From Azolla caroliniana (taxonomy: Eukaryota > Plantae > Polypodiophyta), in assembly GCA_043228905.1 (NCBI GenBank), contig JBHGNT010000011.1, forward strand, positions 9,982,001-10,046,000: a stretch of 64,000 nt of DNA, read 5' to 3'. Below, piece after piece: positions 12,014-23,978 of the stretch. Numbering within the stretch: the stretch's first letter is position 1; the number at the start of each line of letters is the position of its first letter. The notes beneath the pieces were generated by a model, which saw only the letters and a program-made list of their open reading frames with translations, searched no databases and was not told the origin of the DNA. Position numbers and translations under genes: made by a program.

Positions 12014-15000
12014 TTATCCTTTCTTGGGGTTATCTACAACTTCTTTTCCATGATGCTTTTCAGCCATCATATCAATGTCTACAACTCCCATCATGTTCCG
12101 AAACTGTGTATGCTTTTCCACACTCAATCCCTTTGTGAGAATATCAGCAACCTGCTGATTTGTATTCACATACACCAGATCAACTTCTCCTTCAATCACT
12201 TTTTCTCTAACAAAGTGATAATGCACTTCAATGTGCTTTGTTCTTGCATGGAACACTGGGTTCTTTGCAAGCTGAATGTTGCTCATGTTGTCACACCAGA
12301 TTGTGACAGTACCGTCTATATACTCTCCCAAATCTGCAAGCAATCTTCTGATCCATACCTCTTCACAAGTGGCTATGGCAGCTCCTCTGTACTCAGCTTC
12401 AGTACTAGACAATGCAACAGTAGCCTGTTTCTTGCTACTCCATGAAATACCTGCACTTCCCAATGTAAAGATATATCCACTTGTGGACCTTCTATCTGTT
12501 TGGCTTCCAGCCCAATCATCATCTGTATATCCTTCCAGATTTATGTCCAAATCAGCCCTGTAAAACAATCCATAGTTCTGAGTAGCTTTTACATACCTCA
12601 GAATTCTTCTAATGCAGTCCAAATGCGGCTTTGTTGGCTGTTGCATAAATTGGCTGACTAATCCAACTGCATAACTCAAATCAGGTCTTGTTATGGTCAA
12701 ATAAATAAGGCTGCCCACCGTAGACTTGTACATGTTTACATCTTCTATTTTGGCTCCCAAATCAGCCCTTAATTTGCAGTTTTTATCTAGTGGTACTCCA
12801 ATAGGTTTGCATCCAAGCATACCATACTTTTTCAACATAGTTGTTGCATATTGTCTTTGCAACACACATATACCACTTTCAGATCTGATGATTTCAATAC
12901 CCAACAAATATCTCAGATCTCCCAAATCTTTCATATGAAATTTCATTTCCAAATTTCTTTTCAGCTTACTTATCTCATCCATGAAATCACCTCCAATGAT
13001 GAGATCATCAACATAAATCAGAATCACAACAATACAATCATCTTCCCTTTTAACATACAATGATGAATCAGCCTTTGACATTTTGAAGTCAAGTTTTTTC
13101 AGATAATCTGAAAGTTCTCTGTGCCATGTTCTTGGTGCCTGTTTCAATCCATAGAGGGCCTTTTTCAGCTTACATACATAATCTGAATGCTTCCTATCTT
13201 CAAAACCTGGTGGTTGACACATATACACTTCTTCTTCCAAGTTACCATGCAAAAAGGCATTTTGTACATCCATATGATGAAGAAACCATCTTCTGGCTGC
13301 ACCTACAGTTAGTAATGTCCTCAATGTTGCCATCTTTGCAACCGGTGCAAATGTCTCATCATAATCAATTCCTTGCATTTGGGCATATCCCTTTGCAACC
13401 AATCTTGCTTTATGTCTACTTACATTCCCACTGGAATCATGCTTTGTCTTGTAGACCCATTTGCAACCTACCACATTTTTTCCTTTTGGTAACTTCACCA
13501 AATCCCATGTTCTGTTTTCAGCCAGTGCATCAATCTCTTCTTGCATTGCATCCACCCATTTCTTCTCATTTTTAGCCTCATCAAAACTACTTGGATCAGG
13601 GATCTGTACCATCTTAGACATATATGCATAATGCATAGCCATATATGTATCATAACCAAATCTTTCAACAGTTTTTTTCTCTCTATCTGATCTTCTCAGT
13701 TTCTGATTTGCATCCTTCAATGCTTTTTCCATACCAGGGATTTTCAATCCTCTTATGCCAAGAAAATCATCCAATGACACATCTGAATCCTCATCTTCCA
13801 TGTTTTTAGACAAGTCATCCAACATTTTATACTCTGGCATTTTCGGTTTTCCTTTTTTATCATCACATTTTTTGTGTCCTCCACTTTTTCCACTCCAAGA
13901 ATTCGAATCAGATTTACCATCTGAACTTTTTGATGGTCCAGAACATTCTGTTGATGTTGGACTTTGTTGTCCAACCTTGCTTCCATCTCTGTGGCAGTCT
14001 TCTACATTTTCAGATTTGTCTTTGTCTTCAATCTCAATGTCTTCATCAGTCTCTGGATTCTGTTTTGGACTATACCAGCTGGCTAACTCATCAAAGATTA
14101 CATCCCTACTTGTCACAATCTTCTTTGTTACAGGGTTATAGCATCGATACCCTTTTTGTTCTTCTGAATAGCCAACAAAAATACATTTTTCTGCTTTTGG
14201 ATCCAGCTTACTTCTTACTTCTACAGGCACATATACATATGCAAGGCATCCAAACACTTTTAAGTGTTCTAAACTAGGTTTCCTTCCATAGAAACACTCT
14301 TCAGGAATTGCTTCATGTACTCCCGATGTTATACATCTATTTAGAATATAATTTGCTATATTTACAACTTCTGCCCAATAGTACAATGGCATATTCTTCT
14401 CTGTCATCAAAGCCCTTGCAATGTTCACCAATGTTCTGTTTTTCCTCTCAGCAACTCCATTTTGCTGTGGAGTATATCTACATGTCAATTGTCTTCTTAT
14501 TCCCTGATTGCAAAGAAAATCAGAAAATTCATTGGAGAAATACTCTCCTCCTCCATCAGATCTTAAACATTTAATTCTTGTACCTGCCTGCTTTTCTACC
14601 ATGCATTTAAACTTACGAAAACATTCAAACACTTCACTTTTCTCTTTCATGAAGTACACCCATGTTTTCCTTGAGCAATCATCAATAAAAGTTACATAGA
14701 ATCTGCAGCCTATTTTGCTTTCCATATCGACATGCTTCACATATCTTTCCCATTTCACAATTTTTCAGTTTTGGCAGTCCAGCCACTGCATCTTTTCTCA
14801 ACATATTCTTTAGGGTTTGCATACTTATGTGGCCAATCCTTTTATGCCACATTTCCACATCTAAGACTACACTCATTCCATTTGCAAACATAGCTGAAAT
14901 CTGTCTAGGCATGTCAACATCCAAAATAAACATTCTTCCTTGTCGTTTTCCTTTTGCAATGAGCTTCCCATTCTTTTCTATATAGCATCCACTTTGCTTA

Positions 15001-16268
15001 AACTTTACTTGCATACCTTGCTCTACTATCTGTCCAACAGAAATCAGATTCTTAGCAAGATTTGGAACATGCATTACATTCAACATATATTTAGTCTTTC
15101 CTTTTTCTTCCCACAATGGAATATCTCCAACATGTTCTATTTGGTGTGTACTATTATCACCCGTCTGTACATAGCCGGGAATCTCTAGTTCTCTTAACCT
15201 TTCAAACCAGTTTGCATGTCCAGTCATATGGTTAGATGCCCCCGAGTCTACATACCATGTAAACTCTTCATTACATTTCTGTGAGCTTTCAGCCACTGCT
15301 GCTATCTCATGTTGTACCACAAATGCACCATCTTTTTCGCAATCTTCACTAGTTTGGGCATAGTTATTCTGTTGTCTCTTTCCTCTTTGCTCATCATTTT
15401 GCTTCTTGTAGCATTCAGCCTGTGTGTGGCCTGGTTTTCCACAATACCAACAACCATCATCATTTACATATGTTTGCTTACCTCTACCTCGGTTGCTCCC
15501 CCTGCCTCTGTTGTTGTTTCTTCCTCTAATGGTTTGTTGTCCTCTTCCTTGATAACCATTATTGTTGGTTCTTGCTGAGCCAAATCTTCCATGGCCTCTT
15601 CCTCGGCCTCTTCCAGCACTATTATATAGGGCTTGCCCCTCATTCTCAAGATTTCCTTTATTTACATCATCCATCTGATTCCTTTCTTCTACTACAAGCA
15701 TTGAAACCAGATCTGGAAAGCTTGGGATACTATCCCTTGTAAGCATAGAGGTTTTAAAGCTTTTGTATTGAGGTCCTAAGCCTCTCAAGCATATTTCTAC
15801 CTTATCATCATCTTCTATCTTTACATTGATAGAAGCAAGTGATTCACATATGCTCTTTATTTTCAAGGCATACTCATTTATTGACATCTTACCTTTTTCT
15901 AAGGTATTTAGCTCAGTCTTCAACTGTAGCTTTCTAGCTTTTGTGTTTACTGCAAACAGTTTTACCAAATTGTCCCAAGCTTCTTTTGGGAGCATAGCAT
16001 CCTGTATGTGCCCAAGCATCGAATCTGAGATGCTAAGTGAGAGCCAATGCATTACCTTCCTTGCCCCTTGATTCCAATCTTTGAATGCTTTAATCTGTGT
16101 TGCTGTGGCATTTTCTTCTAGGATCTCCGGAGCCTCTTCTAGGTCTCCTTCAATGTAATCCCAGTATCCTTTCCCCATTAGGAAATTTGTCATTCTAAAT
16201 TTCCATGCCGGGAAATTGTTTTTATCTAGTTTCTCTGTAACTATTTGGCCCGCATTCTCTGCAGCCAT
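12014..16268 (-). pseudogene. Copia D gag-pol, frameshifted by a deletion in integrase
   Basis: ORFs 14682-16280 (gag, CWYCGKPGH, YVDSGAS) and 12014-14758 (integrase, YVDDL RT, RNase H). The segment carrying the HSDVWG-type motif is missing near 14705. Confidence 0.9.
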
Positions 16269-16551
16269 TATCTCTTCCAAACAAGGGTTTCTGCTACGAT
16301 TACTTCAAAAAATACCTTTCTGATTCAGATCAACAAATAGAGAAATACCTTTCTCAGATCTATGCACTTTTGTACTCTTCTTTATGAGCAACTCTGCTCT
16401 GATACCACGTTATGAAAACTTGAAGAAGGCACTCGGGCTCTTCTTATGTGCACGGCGGATCGTGGTGTGCTAGATCGTAGCTAAATAGCTACTATAGCTT
16501 ATTTCCCAATAAGCATCACATACCATGTTGAGCTTGCTTCTCAACACCCTG

Positions 16552-18088
16552 TTCATCCGGAAAGGTCGACTCGGACCGGTTAGTATTTTACTATATGTTG
16601 ATGACTTGGTCATCACCGGCGCCGACCTAGGTGAAATCGACCGCGTGAAGCTCCAACTTGCGGCATCATTCGACATGAAGGATCTGGGGGACCTTCATTA
16701 CTTCCTCGGGATCGAAGTGATTCGTACCCCCGAAGGCATATTGATCAGCCAACGTCATTACGTGCTGAGTATGCTCTTCAAATTCGGGATGGCCGACTGT
16801 AAGTCCGTCTCGACTCCTCTGGACAGAACCGTCAAGCTTTGTCCCGATACGGGAAAGGTATGGGACCCGACGAGGTTCCGACAAATTGTCGGAAGCCTCA
16901 TATACTTGACCATCACCCGACCCGACCTCAGTTACCCGGTCGGAGTGATCAGTCAGTTCATGGCGCAACCTACCGAGGAGCACCTTCAGTGTGCGCAACG
17001 CATACTTCAGTATGTCAACGGCACTAAGGACCAAGGACTGCTATATCGGACCGGTGCAGCCGTGTAGTTAGTCGGCTACACCGATGCTGATTGGGCTAGC
17101 AATGTCGCCGATCGCCGATCCACGTCCGAATACGCGTTCTCCCTCGGGAGTGCCGCGATCGCGTGGAGCAGTAAGAAACAGCCGACAGTTGCATTGTCGA
17201 GCACCGAAGCTGACTACCGAGGAGCGGCTGTCGCGACATGCAAAGCCATATGGTTGAAGCGGCTACTTGAGGACCTGCAAGAGGAGGTGTCAGATCCGAC
17301 GACGATCTACTACGACAACCTCAGCAACATCCAGCTCGCAAAAAACCGTTTTCCACGCACGGACCAAGCACATTGAGGTGCACTACCATTTCGTCCGTGA
17401 GTGTGTCCTTTCCGGTGAAGTCGAACTTCAGTACGTTCCGACGGATCGGCAGACTGCCGACATCTTCACCAAGCCTCTTGGTCTGGACAAGTTGCGGCAA
17501 TTCTCAGGTGCGCTCGGGTTGCGTCACCTCGACTTGCCAAACTTGAGGGGGAGAACAGTCCCGAATGACCAAGCAAGGCAGCAGGAAAGGAGCGGAGACC
17601 GCGACACCGAGTCGGTTGACTCGGTTGTTGACTCGGTTGTCGAGCTCGACTTCGGATAGGCTGAAGAAGCCGAGGGCGGATCCGCAGAAAAGTCCAGAAG
17701 CGGACAGACGGGGAGCAGCCGAAGGAGAGAGCCAAAGCCAACCACGCATGGGGAAGATGACGCCATCGAGGGCGAGAAGACCGAAGACAAGTTGGAGACA
17801 GCCAACTCCGACGAGAGCGAAAACCGATCGGAGGTAGGGATGTTTGATTTAGATACGCTGAATCAACCGAGGCCCACGCAGAAGAAAAGGCAGCAGGAGA
17901 AGCATCAACACCGCAACAGCAGAAGAGCTGATAAGGGCCACATGAGCAGACAAGTCGACCGGAAGGGTCGAAGCGCGCAGAGTCGAACAGGTCGAGGAGC
18001 GCGAGCGAGGCGTGAAGCCAAGAGGAACCGGAGCTGTGAGCCCGAAGATCCCGAAGAGCCTCAAGTTGAGCTTGAGGGGGAGTGTTGA
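16552..18088 (+). pseudogene. Copia B RT C-term, RNase H and C-terminal extension
   Basis: [31 protein letters not shown]; stops and a frameshift; reading frame runs into the 3' LTR (VELEGEC*). Confidence 0.9.
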
Positions 18089-18512
18089 GAGACAAGCTCA
18101 ACATCGGCCGGATCGGCTGAAGAAGCCGAGGACCGGATCGGTTGGGACCGATCGGTTAGGCCGAATGCGTAAACCGGTACGCAGACCTGTGCGTAGGTAG
18201 GGCCGGATCGGTGCGTAAACCGGGAGGCCGTTAGGAAAGATATTCCGTGAGGAATATATTTGGGAGTTAGTGTAGGAGCTCTTAATGAGCATTGAAGTAC
18301 TGTCAGTACTTCGGTCAGTCCTTCTAGGACTTGTATAAAAGTGTTCATTGAACACACATATGTATAGAGTGTGGTGAATAGTTCTTGTGTTTTTCTCTCT
18401 CACTCTCTCTGTCTCTCCCGCGTATACTGCGTAAGCTCAAGCTCTCCATTAAACCTGAGCGTTCTTCCTTCTGTTCGGTCTTCATACTTGCTTCCGCACG
18501 CTATTTTTTACA
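18083..18512 (+). repeat. 3' LTR of Copia B
   Basis: Direct repeat of 2422-2854, preceded by PPT. Confidence 0.95.
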
Positions 18513-18837
18513 GATGATAATGATGCTAATTTAATATAGAGTTAATCATCCCCCATCTTGTGTTGTTCATAAGTGTTAACTTCCTCTCTCTCGCTTCCTC
18601 TCACACACATATCAGTTAATCTTCCGCTTATCAACTAATCATATAATTAGATACTAATTAACCAGTATTTACTCACCTTATTCTTAACGTGGTATCAGAG
18701 CGTGTGGTTTAGAAAATCCACTAAGCCCACCCGACTCCGTGATTGTGTGTTCGAGACGCCGACGACAAAATCCGGCTATCTGCTACCGTAGTGCCGCTAC
18801 ATAGCACGTGTACGTGACTGAAGGAAGGAAAGTAGAA

Positions 18838-21694
18838 ATGGAAGACACAACAATCAACATGAACATACAAATGGGTAGCTCGCTCCCTAGTGAAAACCTA
18901 GACCAGAACAATTATTCATCTTGGGAGTACAAGATCAACCAATACCTCGTCGGCCAAGGGTATTGGAGCTACATCAACGGCGCTCAAGAAAATTGACCCG
19001 ACCCAAAGAACGCTAACTACTCAACATGGGAGCAAGCGGCGAGTCAAGTCATGTATTGTTTGGCAACATGTGTCCACGACCACATGCTTAGCCACATTCG
19101 AGACGCCAAGACGCCCAAAGAGGCATGGGAGAACTTAAAGAAAATGTTCGCCGCCAACACGACTGCCCGAAAGCTTCAACTCCAACAAGAGTTCAACAAC
19201 ATTCGGCAAAAAGATATGTTCATGTCAAACTACACCACCAAGATCAAGAGCATTTGCAACTCGCTTGGCTCCATCAACATAATCGTCGACGAAGACGAGA
19301 TGGTTCAAGTATGCTTGGGCAGCCTCACACAACAATTCCACTCGTTGAGGACGGCAATCTTGGCGAGGGAAAACCCTCCTTCGTTCTTCAACCTTCAATC
19401 AATGCTAATGGTTGAAGAGAACCACATCCAAACCAAAACCAAGACATCGGAAGGACAAATGTTCTTCTCAAATTCGGATGACGGCCGAGGACGTGGTCAC
19501 GACGGTAGAAGAGGTCAATTTGGCCCATCACACGAAGGGAACTCAAACCTTAATGGAAGCCATCAAGGAACCTTCGGAAGAAGGGGGAGCTTCCATGCCG
19601 AACAAGGTCGGCAAATGAGGCCCGCAACTTGTAACTATTACGAAAAAATCGGCCACTGTGAGGAGGAGTGCCGAAAAAGAAGAAGCGAGTCGACTTCGAC
19701 AAGTCGACAACTCACGAATTACGCCACCAACTCTGAATATGACGACTGCGGCAGACTATTCGTAATGAGGCATAGAGCGAACTCTATGTCGGCCTCTGAC
19801 TCCGCAAGCACCTCCAATTCAGAAGACGTGTGGTTCGTCGATTCCGGCGCCTCACATCACATGACATCCCACAATGAGTGGTTCAATGATTTGCGTACAC
19901 CGGATCGACCCGGTTTCATAGAGACGGAAGACGACACCACACATCCCATTCGGCACATTGGCATTGTCCCATTCGGGAATGAAGGTGAGAAAACTTGCAT
20001 CAAGAATGTCTTGCACGTGCCCACAATAACGAAGAATTTGGTCTCCATCGGCCAAATCGTGGAGCAAGACATGCAAGTTCGGTTCAACAACGAAGGTTGT
20101 TTCATCGAGAAAGATGGTCGACTCATAGCCAAGGGACGGAGAGACGGTTGAATGCTCATCCTCGATTCGAACAAGGGGAAATCGTCCATGTATGCCAAAG
20201 GTCTCAAAACTGAGACAAGCATCGAGTTGTGGCACAAAAGAATCGGCCACATAAACCTCCAAAGGCTTCGAGCAATGCAATCAAAGGGAGTCATCATCGG
20301 ACTTCCGGCATTCGTGTCGAAACGAGTCGACCGAGTATGCGAAGCATGCCAACTCGGCAAACAACATCGACTCCCATTCTTGAAGGAGAGCCATGCAAGT
20401 AAAGGCCTCCTCGACATCATACACTCGGATGTATGGGGACCGGCTCAAACACTGACGATCAGCGGATGCCGATACTACGTCACATTCATCGACGACTACT
20501 CCCGCTACTCGTGGATCTTCCCGATGAAGAAGAAGAGCGAAGTGCTCTTCCACTTCCAAAAGCTCAAGGGCCGAGTCGAAAAAGAAACTGGTCGGCACAT
20601 TCGATGCCTACGATCAGACGGAGGAAAGGAGTACTTCTCCAATGAATTCACCTCCTACCTCCAAAGTGAAGGCATTAGGAGAGAATTTTGATGCCGACAC
20701 ACACCCCAACAAAATGGAGTCGCCGAAAGGAAGAATCGGCAAATACTCTAGGTAGTATGGGCCATGTTACATGAGAAGCACATGCCGAACTTCTATTGGG
20801 CCGACGTTGCATCCACGGCCGTCTATCTCATGAATCGATGCACCACTAATGGAGTGCATGAGCTAACTCCATACGAGCTCCTCATCAGAAGGAAGCCGAT
20901 CCTGTCGCACCTCAAGGTGTTCGGAAGCATTGTGAATGTATGCATCCCGAACGAAAGCCGACAAAAGCCCGACATGAAGTCCGAGGAATGTATCCTCATA
21001 GAATACTCATCCGAGAAGAAGGCATACAAGTGTTATAACCCTTCGACCTGAGCGGTTCGGGTGAGTCAAGACGTAGTCTTCGACGAATCGGCATCATGGT
21101 ATAAGCCCGATTCGACTCCACCCGGCCCGACCAAGGAAGAGTTGAACGTCAGCTCAGAGGATGATATTCGGCCAAGCCCTTCACCAAAGGACCGTCCAAG
21201 CTCTACCGGGCTATTTGGACCACACGAGCCTTCAAGCCTTCCAAGTATGTCACGGCCAAGTCCAAACTTGGACAAAGGCAAAGGTAAGATGCCCGAATAC
21301 GAAGTCGATCACCCCGACGACAGTGATTCGGATGTCTCAATTTCCTCACTAGACAGTGAATTTGGTGTACCCATCATGCGGACACTCGGAGTAAAGAAGG
21401 CGCTCACATCGGGGAGCAAAAAACTTTGACGCTCACAACGAGTACATGGCTCATCATTATGCCTTCGGGATGAAGGTAGCATCCGAACAAGAGCCCAAGA
21501 GCTCCACCGAAGCCGCTCGTAAGCCACAATGGGTGGAAGTAGTCGACCATCGCCGACACAATACAAGCCTTGAGGGGGAGGAACCGAGATTGCCACGGCA
21601 AAGAAAGCCGAAGGCCGGATGGAAGCACATGAAGACGACGAAAGCCAAAGCGGATGTTGGATGCCTCGCACTTGAGCTTGAGGGGGCGTGTTGA
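18838..21694 (+). pseudogene. Copia A gag-protease-integrase remnant; RT and RNase H absent
   Basis: Clear homology to B gag (TARKLQL, WFVDSGAS, HSDVWGP, RSDGGKE) with many stops; jumps from pre-RT sequence (KPQWVEV) to the 3' end near 21540. Confidence 0.88.
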
Positions 21695-22125
21695 GAGATC
21701 AAGCTCAACTTAGTTTAGTTATTTAGTCAACCATGTAACTTCGTAGTTACCTAGATAGAATCTAGTTAGAACTGTTGACTATAACGCCTTAAATAGGACC
21801 TTGTACTTAACTGGGATATTCTAGATACTCTACTCGTAAGTATGTTTAATATAGAACTTACACTTTTGTACCTATATTATCCTCACACATGTGCACCCTT
21901 GCACATGAGATCTATATATACCTCATTGTAGGTATTTTTGTATTTGATGATAATGATGCTAATTTAATATAGAGTTAATCATCCCCCATCTTGTGTTGTT
22001 CATAAGTGTTAACTTCCTCTCTCTCTCTTCCTCTCACACACATACACACACATATCACTTAATCTTCCGCTTATCAACTAATCACAAAATTAGGTACTAA
22101 TTAACCCGTAGTTAATCACCTAATT
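21689..22125 (+). repeat. 3' LTR of Copia A
   Basis: Matches 2160-2421 joined to 18518-18689. Confidence 0.9.
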
Positions 22126-23190
22126 GATACTAACGAATTGCGGCCCTTACAAACGAGCAACTCATTAGTCTCCAAAACGAGCACACGGAACTCCAAGAAA
22201 GGTTTAGCCAGTAGATTGGTGCGAGACAAATATACATTGTCAAAGTCCCTCCACCATCTACAAATCTCCGCGGCACAAGACCAGGAACTTGAGCAAGAAC
22301 AGTATGTGCAGGAGTTAGCCATGAATTCGGATCGGCTCCTCTGACTCTACGACCTACATACGAAGGAAATGGAGACAATGCTCGCCGGGATAACCGCAGT
22401 GTTCGAAATCGTGAAAACCAAGCTCGAGCAAGACATCGCAACTGCCAAAGACGAATTGAACACCCTACGTGCCAAATACGAGATGGGCAAAGCACACATC
22501 AAGGCACTAGTGGTAAAGCACCGGTTAAAGCTGAATCAGAAGGTTGAAGAGGCACTAGCTCACGGATGGAAAGAATGGTCGGCTCAAGCAACCGAATTGC
22601 AGGTTTTCTGAGCAAAAGCCGAAAATCGGAAAAAAGAGGGCCACAGTTTTTACAAGATGGATGAGAATAACATTCAGATCCTCCACGAAGACCTCAATGA
22701 GGAATTCCAAGCTTTGGCCCGAACACACACCATGGCCATCGGAAACCTCCTAGAGGAATTTAATGATGATCAACTACTGCTCATGATGGAAATAGAAGGT
22801 TAAGAACGCACGTGCCTCCAAGCCAAAAAGGAAGCAGGCGCTGGGGGACATGCCTCAGAAGGCAGGATGACTGAGGAAGCATCCCAGGAGCTGAAAGAAG
22901 AAGAGGTGACACGCCTCGGCTCGGAGTTGGAACAAGTGGTTGAACGAACCACAACGCTAAAACAGGAGGAAGTGGCTCCGGGATCCACAATGGTAACTCA
23001 AGACCAACAACTCGATTTGTCGGCCGAGTAACACACAGATGAGCCAAAACAGGAGGAGGCGACTCAAAAGCCGATGGAACAAACTGAAGCCCAGGAGAAT
23101 ACGGAGCAAAGGGCCGATTTGACAACCGATCTCACACGGAGGGAGTCGAAGCAACCGGAGGGCATCACATCAAATTTGGAAGAAGACTAA
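22126..23190 (+). pseudogene. Extra ORF (ORF3) of Gypsy X, 3' part
   Basis: WKEWSAQATELQVF*AKAENRKKEG..DLNEEFQALA aligns with WTKWATNAAELQLLRADVENRRKEG..ELAEDFQALA of E ORF3; ends ..SNLEED*. Confidence 0.8.
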
Positions 23191-23316
23191 GTGTACAATA
23201 GCATTTTTTTCGGCTCTTTAAAATAACAATATTCTCAAATTCTCAATTTTGATTTTTTTGGAGCGATTTTGTTTTTGGGTTCGACGTGCAAGGGACTGTT
23301 CCACAAGCATGCCATG

Positions 23317-23834
23317 TGTTATCCGTGGGACAAAGGGCACGAGGTGTGAAACGAATCTAAAGAGACGAGTAGGTAAAAAGGGAATCGGCTGAGCACTCGC
23401 AAACGAGGAAGGTGGAACGAAATACACATAGCCGAGAATAAAGGCCATGAAATTAGCAGGAAGTAGCTAAAGCGTGCCAAGGAGAGAAGAGGCTATATAA
23501 ATCGGGGAACAACAGAAGAAAGGACGGGGGAATATGCATAGGTTATGATATATATAGAGAGAGAGTGACTAATATAATCGGTTTGTGTTGCCTTGTAATC
23601 GATTTTATCCAGTAATCAATATACATACTTTTTGGGTCATCTCTGTGTTTGTTTCCGTAATCTGTACTTTCGATTCTATTATTCCTAAGACGTAAGTGGA
23701 ACACCGGTTGTGGCCAGCTATCGTGTAGTTATTCAGCCTACTCGGCCCTATCGTAGTCCCCTACGCCACCATGATTCCTTGACCCGATTACTCAGGGGAG
23801 TAATCGAAGCTGTTTCTCCAAGAAGGAGATAACA
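23317..23834 (+). repeat. 3' LTR of Gypsy X
   Basis: Terminal inverted repeats tgttatc...gataaca; internal ctatataaa; same position relative to the conserved pre-LTR motif as E's 3' LTR. Confidence 0.75.
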
Positions 23835-23978
23835 TAAATGGTTTGGTTTCAACTTTTTCTAAATGGTTTGGTTTAAATACTGAGAGTTCATAAACGGTTT
23901 GGTTTGGTTTTTGTTTTAAATAAACAGTTTGGTTCGGTTTCTTTGCCTTGAAACCGAACCGAACTGTGCCCATCGCTA
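23835..23978. mobile_element. End fragment of a non-autonomous hAT-like/MITE element
   Basis: Clustered aaacc(g/a)/ggttt subterminal motifs ending in tgcccatcgcta (revcomp TAGCGATGGGCA, hAT-like TIR); partner end not visible. Confidence 0.45.

Larger units (their letters stand above)
11523..16546 (-). mobile_element. Ty1/Copia element D (antisense, AT-rich), 5' LTR internally deleted
   Basis: 3' LTR 11523-11995 (473 bp), 5' LTR 16408-16546 (139 bp). PBS (revcomp gctctgatacca) 16396-16407; PPT complement 11996-12004. TSD cccta/ccctg. B's frame rejoins as SDSS-LFIRKG. Confidence 0.93.
2422..18512 (+). mobile_element. Ty1/Copia element B inserted in the 5' LTR of A
   Basis: TG..CA LTRs at 2422-2854 and 18083-18512 (about 9 substitutions plus one 3-bp indel by eye). 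Perfect TSD gatga (2417-2421/18513-18517), single copy in A's uninterrupted 3' LTR. PBS 2855-2866; PPT gagggggag 18074-18082. Confidence 0.95.
2160..22125 (+). mobile_element. Ty1/Copia element A (degraded, RT/RNase H deleted)
   Basis: 5' LTR 2160-2421 + 18518-18689 (split by B). PBS tggtatcagagc (tRNA-iMet) 18690-18701. PPT 21680-21688. 3' LTR 21689-~22125. Possible imperfect TSD gatat (2155-2159)/gatac (22126-22130); the exact 3' end is uncertain by ~10 bp. Confidence 0.85.
1..23834 (+). mobile_element. Old Gypsy-like LTR retrotransposon X (3' part only; 5' end outside window), interrupted by the Copia nest at 2160-22125
   Basis: Degraded extra ORF (298-2159 and 22126-23190) is homologous to ORF3 of Gypsy E (WLNRHGLGGYL vs WFRQHGLDGFL; WKEWSAQATEL vs WTKWATNAAEL). 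It has the same pre-LTR motif as E, followed by an LTR at 23317-23834. No gag/pol of X is visible. Confidence 0.75.
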
